Source of the DNA: Nitrospirota bacterium
GTDB taxonomy: Bacteria > Nitrospirota > Thermodesulfovibrionia > Thermodesulfovibrionales > Dissulfurispiraceae
Direction of reading: 5' to 3'
Length of the DNA stretch: 64,000 bases
Assembly: GCA_963710375.1 (NCBI GenBank)
Contig: CAVPZX010000002.1
Location: forward strand, 960,001-1,024,000
Shown here: positions 59,263-64,000 of the stretch, one piece after another
How positions within the stretch are numbered: position 1 is the first letter of the stretch
Layout of the letters: each line of letters begins with the position of its first letter
Position numbers and translations under genes: made by a program
The notes under the pieces: model-generated
Seen by the model: only the letters and a program-made list of their open reading frames with translations
Database searches by the model: none
Told to the model about the DNA's origin: nothing

Positions 59263-61899
59263 TTAGAGTAAACTCTTAGCGCACCGGAAACCAGCATTCC
59301 CGCAAAGGTAGCCAGGGAGGTACGAGTTGATGCTGGCGCATCGGCAGTAAGCGGATCCATCGGCCCAAGAACCGCCATGAAGCGCTTGCCTGTCCTCGGT
59401 CCACTCCCACATGTTACCGGCCATGTCGTAGCAGCTGTAAGGACTTACGCCGTTAGAATACTTATTGACGGGTGTTGTTTTTCCAAGACCCGACTCTGTA
59501 GTGTTGCACCTCTTCCGATCGAATTGATTGCCCCAGGGATAGACCCGTCCGTCAATGCCTCTAGCAGCCTTTTCCCACTCCTCCTTGGTTGGTAGACGCT
59601 TGTCAGCCCATTCAGCATAGGCACGGGCACCATGCCAGAAGACAAAAATCACTGGGTGCTTCTCAAAGCCTGACTTGACCACAAACCGCTTTTTATTAAA
59701 ACGAATGTGACAATGTTCCCCCGCGTAGATCCCTTTCAGGTCTATCCATTGTTCTTTTTCTACAGCGGTGCAACCCATGGCATTCAAAAAATCGGTGAAT
59801 TCAGCATTCGTCACAGGGTATTTATCTATGAAAAAACTCTCCTTGATGTTGGAAATTCGAATATTATCATCCGCGCCTATTATGAACTGGCCTGATGGAA
59901 CGAAGACCATATCGGACGGTTCCTCAATCCCAACCGTTGGTTCAATATATTCATAAACAGAGGGCGTTATCATGTAGGACACAAAGAGGGCGATCTCATT
60001 AGTGATATTTTTTTTCCGTGCCATATTCTTTGGTATTTCCTTTGCTATCTTGCATGCGACAAAATATTCTATAAATGATCGATGAGCGAAGGCATAGTAC
60101 CCCTCCGCATCATTGCGTTGGAGAAAGGTAGAATTTCGTATCTGATAGTCCAGATTATCGAGCGACAGCCTCAATGTATCCTTAACAGGCGCATCGAAAA
60201 ACCTATTAATGGCCTCCAGCAGGGTATTAAAATGTAGCTTATACTTTTCTCTTGTGAACATATAAAAGGCAAGCTCCTCCATAAAGAGCATGATGCCTTT
60301 GGGCAGCTTTGCTTCTGACCGCTTCTGTTCACGTTGTTCCCATGCCTCTGTAATTACTTGGTATAGCCTTCCTGAGGTTATCGTTCCTTTTGCGTTTCTG
60401 ATTGCCTCGATATCTTTGACGATCATCTCGATCAGTATGGGACGGCTTGCGAGATCCTTCATATCGAAGACTTTTGTTAAGGTATTTCTCCAAAACTGCT
60501 CTGCCTCTTTTTCTCCGAGGCAAAGACTCAAATAGGTTTTTATTTGGGAATCGGCGAATGGGCATATATAGACCCTTTCAAAACGGGGTCTTTGGAACCC
60601 GCTCGGCCCTGCTTGAGCGCCCTGTACGAGAGCAAGGTGATCTTTTTCTTCATAAACACTTCTAAAAAATTGCGTCCTGCTCGTCAGGATCACTTTGTGA
60701 TATGGCGCGGCAATCATGGACAGGTTCTCGATTTCCCTGAGAACCGTTTTCTTGTCGAACGTTACCGATAATTCATCAAAACCGTCTAGGATGAGGATTA
60801 TCTCACCCTCTTTCCCCTTGGTTCTGGCATCAATCTCGGCTTGGGCAGCCTCCTGCCAGCCTCTTGTCCGGACTTGGCTGAGGCTCGCGATAACAGGGAT
60901 GTATTTCGGTCCTTCAAGATCAGAGGCGAGTTTGTAGCAGAATGACGTTTTGCCGATGCCATAGTCGCCGAGCACTGCCAGGAGCTTCCGATTCGGGTCC
61001 TTCAGCCATTCATGGGTATACGTGTGCAGCAACTTCGTACTCTTTTGCTTGATGTCTTCAGCATGGCAGAACGGTTCAATGTAATGCTTTGGCACATATT
61101 CGCAATACTTTCTTTGCTCACTTGGCGGCGGAGGCGCCTCTAAGGGAGGATCCAAGACAATTATTGTTCTCGGGAAGCCGCATGCTGATAGCCATTTATT
61201 AACGGGTTTAAGAATCCGGTTTGTTTTCTTCTCCTCTTCTTCTAAGCGTTCACCTATTATCGAATTACCCTTCCAGTGCCATATGACTATCCCTTGGTTA
61301 ATCTCAACTGACGTGATATGCTCCCTGATCCCGCCCTGATCCATCCGGATATAAGCCTGATCCATCTCATCGGCAAGCCGTAATAATGCAGTTATGCGAA
61401 TAAGGTTGATGGGTTCCTGACAAAGCTGTTCGTCAGCGAAATTCTCGGGGAGGTCGGCAATAGGGCAAATGTCCTCAGTGGAATGTCCAAAACAGACATT
61501 AGCGACGGCTTCAGCAATTGGCGGTATCATCTTCGTGCGATGATGCGGACGAAATGGCCCGAAGAAGTATTTATCTGGATCATTTAAAATATATTTCCTA
61601 GATCGCAGGGAATGATCTTTGGGGTCAATGCGGTCGCTTTCGTCGCGATAGCCGATATCGTGCAGATAGACGGCATAGAGCAGGATGAAAATCTCAACTG
61701 GATTGAGACCTCGTTTGAAAGCCTCGGGGATAAGCTGATCGAGTTTGACTTCCAACCTTTTGGAATGATCGATCCCATTCTTGTCGATGCCGTCAAGCCA
61801 TTCAGAAGCATTTTTTTTCACCTTTTCGATATGTTCGTGAAGGTTGACTCCCCCATCGCAAGTTGTTTTCCCCAACAGCAGTTCATGCAATGCGCCCAT
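59263..61899 (-). CDS. HD-domain effector + NACHT NTPase + FGE-sulfatase (C-type lectin fold) NLR-like protein, ~878 aa
   Basis: DHS..., YLHDIG, LRLADEMD; GDYGIGKT, ILDGFDEL, LTSR, FAHRSFIEYF; YPVTNAEF, RLPTKEEWEKAARG, DMAGNMWEW, GGSW, GFRC; start after agggag RBS. Confidence 0.85.
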   Translation of the reverse strand: MGALHELLLGKTTCDGGVNLHEHIEKVKKNASEWLDGIDKNGIDHSKRLEVKLDQLIPEAFKRGLNPVEIFILLYAVYLHDIGYRDESDRIDPKDHSLRSRKYILNDPDKYFFGPFRPHHRTKMIPPIAEAVANVCFGHSTEDICPIADLPENFADEQLCQEPINLIRITALLRLADEMDQAYIRMDQGGIREHITSVEINQGIVIWHWKGNSIIGERLEEEEKKTNRILKPVNKWLSACGFPRTIIVLDPPLEAPPPPSEQRKYCEYVPKHYIEPFCHAEDIKQKSTKLLHTYTHEWLKDPNRKLLAVLGDYGIGKTSFCYKLASDLEGPKYIPVIASLSQVRTRGWQEAAQAEIDARTKGKEGEIILILDGFDELSVTFDKKTVLREIENLSMIAAPYHKVILTSRTQFFRSVYEEKDHLALVQGAQAGPSGFQRPRFERVYICPFADSQIKTYLSLCLGEKEAEQFWRNTLTKVFDMKDLASRPILIEMIVKDIEAIRNAKGTITSGRLYQVITEAWEQREQKRSEAKLPKGIMLFMEELAFYMFTREKYKLHFNTLLEAINRFFDAPVKDTLRLSLDNLDYQIRNSTFLQRNDAEGYYAFAHRSFIEYFVACKIAKEIPKNMARKKNITNEIALFVSYMITPSVYEYIEPTVGIEEPSDMVFVPSGQFIIGADDNIRISNIKESFFIDKYPVTNAEFTDFLNAMGCTAVEKEQWIDLKGIYAGEHCHIRFNKKRFVVKSGFEKHPVIFVFWHGARAYAEWADKRLPTKEEWEKAARGIDGRVYPWGNQFDRKRCNTTESGLGKTTPVNKYSNGVSPYSCYDMAGNMWEWTEDRQALHGGSWADGSAYCRCASINSYLPGYLCGNAGFRCAKSLL

Positions 61900-62196
61900 A
61901 GAAGCTCCCTTAAAGGTGAATGTGAAAGCCAAATCAATATCTTTCAAGTATTGTACATAAAACATCAGATGAATTGGAAAAGAACGAGAGGTGTTGCAAT
62001 AGAGACGATACCATATGGAAATTAATTTAATATTGAAAAAGTTGAACGATGAATGGTAATTGCGGCTATAGCTGATAGCTAGCATGTGATCGACCGGGCC
62101 TCGAATAGGATCCAATATATTTTAGAGCAAATACTCGAAATTAAAATAGAATTTGCATTTTAGCCTGGGTCAACAATTGAACGGTGATGTGTGGAA

Positions 62197-62330
62197 TTTT
62201 TCATTTTTTGCGCAAAATCTTCCGGAATTTTTCACTTTATGTGCAAAATATTTTCATTTTATAAGATAATAGGTTTTGTAACTTATTGAAATTACATCGG
62301 GGCAACTTTCACTTTTTGAGAAAACCTATA
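62197..62330 (-). repeat. Tn7-like distal end (left end): four TnsB-type sites; terminus reads TAT instead of TGT
   Basis: tttttcattttttgcgcaa 62197, tttttcactttatgtgcaa 62228, attttcattttataagata 62250, actttcactttttgagaaa 62305; register matches the proximal end. Confidence 0.75.
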
Positions 62331-63104
62331 GCATGCTTGTTGTGGGTTGACGCATAAACTGCAATTCCTGACTCATAAGTTGCAGTAAATTGACGCATAA
62401 GCTGCAATAAGCTTTTGTTGAACGTGTGCAGAAAAAAGTAGATGTTGTGACTGAACACCAGATAATGGTACTAGCACACTAACTAGGGTGGCAGGATAAA
62501 AGCCAGAAGCTGTAAAAAAAGAGAGGCTCCACGTCTTCCCTCGTACCTTGCACTATTCGTTTGTTTGGTACACCCTAATCCGCTTTGTTCAAATTGTTGC
62601 AGCAGTGAAGATTTTCGAGAGAAGTCCACAGACCGGGCCAGAATAAGCAACGGGGATACTCATTAGTGAAAAATTAAACAGGTTTATCCCCCGTTTGCAT
62701 GAATTTGTTGTACGCCATCTTGCCATAATGCTGTCAAGTTCAAATAGTAGAAGGTAGTGTCTCAGTTTGATTTTTTGTATAATATAGTTCAGGAGGTGAT
62801 GTCTTTGAAAGCAATTTTGATGTAACGCCTGAAGCTCCTTAATAACGCAAAAGTATTTATGTATTTATGATACGAAGGGGAGCGCCACCGACAGGGCTGT
62901 TGGGATTGCCAACTTAGATGCTCACTCATCTAAAATGTTTGAGGGTGGTTATTGCAATGGTATGTCATTTTATCAGACGGGAACGGGTGCGTAGAGTGAG
63001 TAAGCGCCCGGCTTCTACTTTTTTTCTTGACAGGGAACGTTCGTTCACCTATAATTATTAAAAAGAACTTTACATTTTGATTATAGTAGATTAATGTTAA
63101 ACAA

Positions 63105-63770
63105 ATGATACTAACAGACAAGCTCATAAAAGATGTATGTAGTAAAGGGGATATCAAGATTGTGCCATTTGAGGATTGTCAAATTGAACCCGCCTCATAT
63201 GATTTGCGAGTAGGGAAACACGGTGCTACGACAAGTACAAAAAAAATTGTTGACATAGAAAAGCAAGGATACATGCTGATTGAACCGGGGGATTTTGCTA
63301 TTGTCGGTGTTTTGGAAGAGATTACTCTTGGATCAAAATATGCGGGACGTATAGGCTTGCGCTCAAAATTTGCCCGAAAGGGATTAATAGCAACAGCAGG
63401 GTCGCAAGTTGATCCGGGCTATCACGGTCGTCTTAAAATTGGACTTACCAACTTGACACCTAAAGCAATATCTTTGCCGTTTAAGGATGATTTTATAACA
63501 TTAGAGATTCATGAACTTACAGAACCGGCGTTAAAACCATATGATGGTCCCTATCAAGATCAATTAGATTTAAGTCCAGCGGATATAGAAGCAGTTACCG
63601 AAGGGAGCGGAATGGCACTTTCAGAAATGATGGTGACATTAAGCTCTCTGAGTCAAAACGTGGGAAGGTTAAGCACGGATTTTGAAGTATTCCAAAAAAC
63701 GCTTAAAATAGTTGGCGGAATCCTAAGTTTACTTATTGCCATAGCAACCATTATTGTTGCTTTAAAATAA
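63105..63770 (+). CDS. dCTP deaminase/dUTPase-fold protein with C-terminal helix and TM tail; catalytic Glu apparently replaced
   Basis: MILTD, IEPASYDLRVG, RSKFARKG, VDPGYHGRLKIGLTN, PYDGPYQ; tail IVGGILSLLIAIATIIVALK. Confidence 0.78.
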   Translation: MILTDKLIKDVCSKGDIKIVPFEDCQIEPASYDLRVGKHGATTSTKKIVDIEKQGYMLIEPGDFAIVGVLEEITLGSKYAGRIGLRSKFARKGLIATAGSQVDPGYHGRLKIGLTNLTPKAISLPFKDDFITLEIHELTEPALKPYDGPYQDQLDLSPADIEAVTEGSGMALSEMMVTLSSLSQNVGRLSTDFEVFQKTLKIVGGILSLLIAIATIIVALK

Positions 63771-63817
63771 ACTTGTCTTAAAACAACAATAGAATTTCCT
63801 CAAAGTCCCAAGCATGA

Positions 63818-64000
63818 TGGACCTGCCCCCAAAAAACTGTGCCAGCGATAATTTGAGTTTTCTGGCAAAATTAACTACCCAAAGAAAGGGAGGATTTTGC
63901 CATGAAGAAGTCGAAGTATACGGAAGAACAGATTGCTTTTGCGTTGAAGCAAGCAGAGACTGGTACACCGATAGCCGAAGTGATCCGGAAACTTGGGATC
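63818..64000 (+). mobile_element. IS3-family element left end and orfA (ATG 63902, truncated by window)
   Basis: TGGACCTGCCCCC terminus, ggagg RBS, MKKSKYTEEQIAFALKQAETGTPIAEVIRKLGI. Confidence 0.88.

Larger units (their letters stand above)
41932..62330 (+). mobile_element. Tn7-like transposon (tnsABC + long tniQ/tnsD) inserted 12 bp downstream of the gyrB stop
   Basis: Proximal end TGTCGGTTAACGCATAAAGTGAAAAA with three TnsB-type repeats; distal end with four inverted copies ending at 62330; flanking GCATGCT direct repeat; tns genes at 50057-55941. Confidence 0.88.
62341..64000 (+). mobile_element. Start of a second Tn7-like element (right end 62341-62408), extending beyond the window
   Basis: TGTGGGT then tgacgcataaactgcaat 62348, tgactcataagttgcagt 62369, tgacgcataagctgcaat 62391; same 21/22 spacing as the first element. 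Confidence 0.75.

Noticed and set aside
61900..62115. 72-aa N-terminal extension of the HD-NACHT ORF
   Set aside because: It is AT-rich and not protein-like; a good RBS precedes the ATG at 61899.
41932..62330. CRISPR-associated (CAST) or RNA-guided targeting of the Tn7-like element
   Set aside because: No cas-like ORF, repeat-spacer array or segment matching the gyrB 3' end was seen; the long TniQ is a sufficient explanation.
62410..63100. ncRNA or IS/REP remnants between the second Tn7-like end and the dcd-like gene
   Set aside because: Only short imperfect inverted repeats (e.g. aacggggata...tatcccccgtt) are present; not enough to call a feature.

Overview
Bacterial chromosomal window around the replication origin, probably Nitrospirota/Thermodesulfovibrionia-like (inferred from gene content and order, not proven). 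Bases 1-41919 are mostly core genes: MCP, maf, HI0933-family flavoprotein, DUF2950 pair, bfr, an ArsR/multiheme cytochrome/porin/TlpA cluster, transketolase, ftsEX-envC-ctpA, uvrC, PBP1A, parAB, two sensor kinases, ftsH, pyrG, kdsB, lnt, prfB (programmed frameshift), oriC, dnaA, dnaN, gyrB. Twelve bp after the gyrB stop a ~20.4 kb Tn7-like transposon begins (41932-62330; tnsA-tnsB-tnsC-long tniQ/tnsD, no CRISPR). The end of a second, related Tn7-like element starts at 62341 in the same orientation, so the gyrB 3' end looks like a repeatedly used attachment site. The cargo looks like a nucleotide-centred defence island: a PRTase/ORC-CDC6-like ATPase/CARF-like trio, HTH-MTase-NUDIX, a scabin/pierisin-like ADP-ribosyltransferase, an HD-NACHT-FGE protein and a membrane-tailed dCTP deaminase homologue lacking the catalytic Glu. 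An IS3 runs off the right edge. About ten single-base frameshifts, one in gyrB, suggest sequencing or assembly indel errors. Family assignments come from reading motifs by eye; no searches were run.
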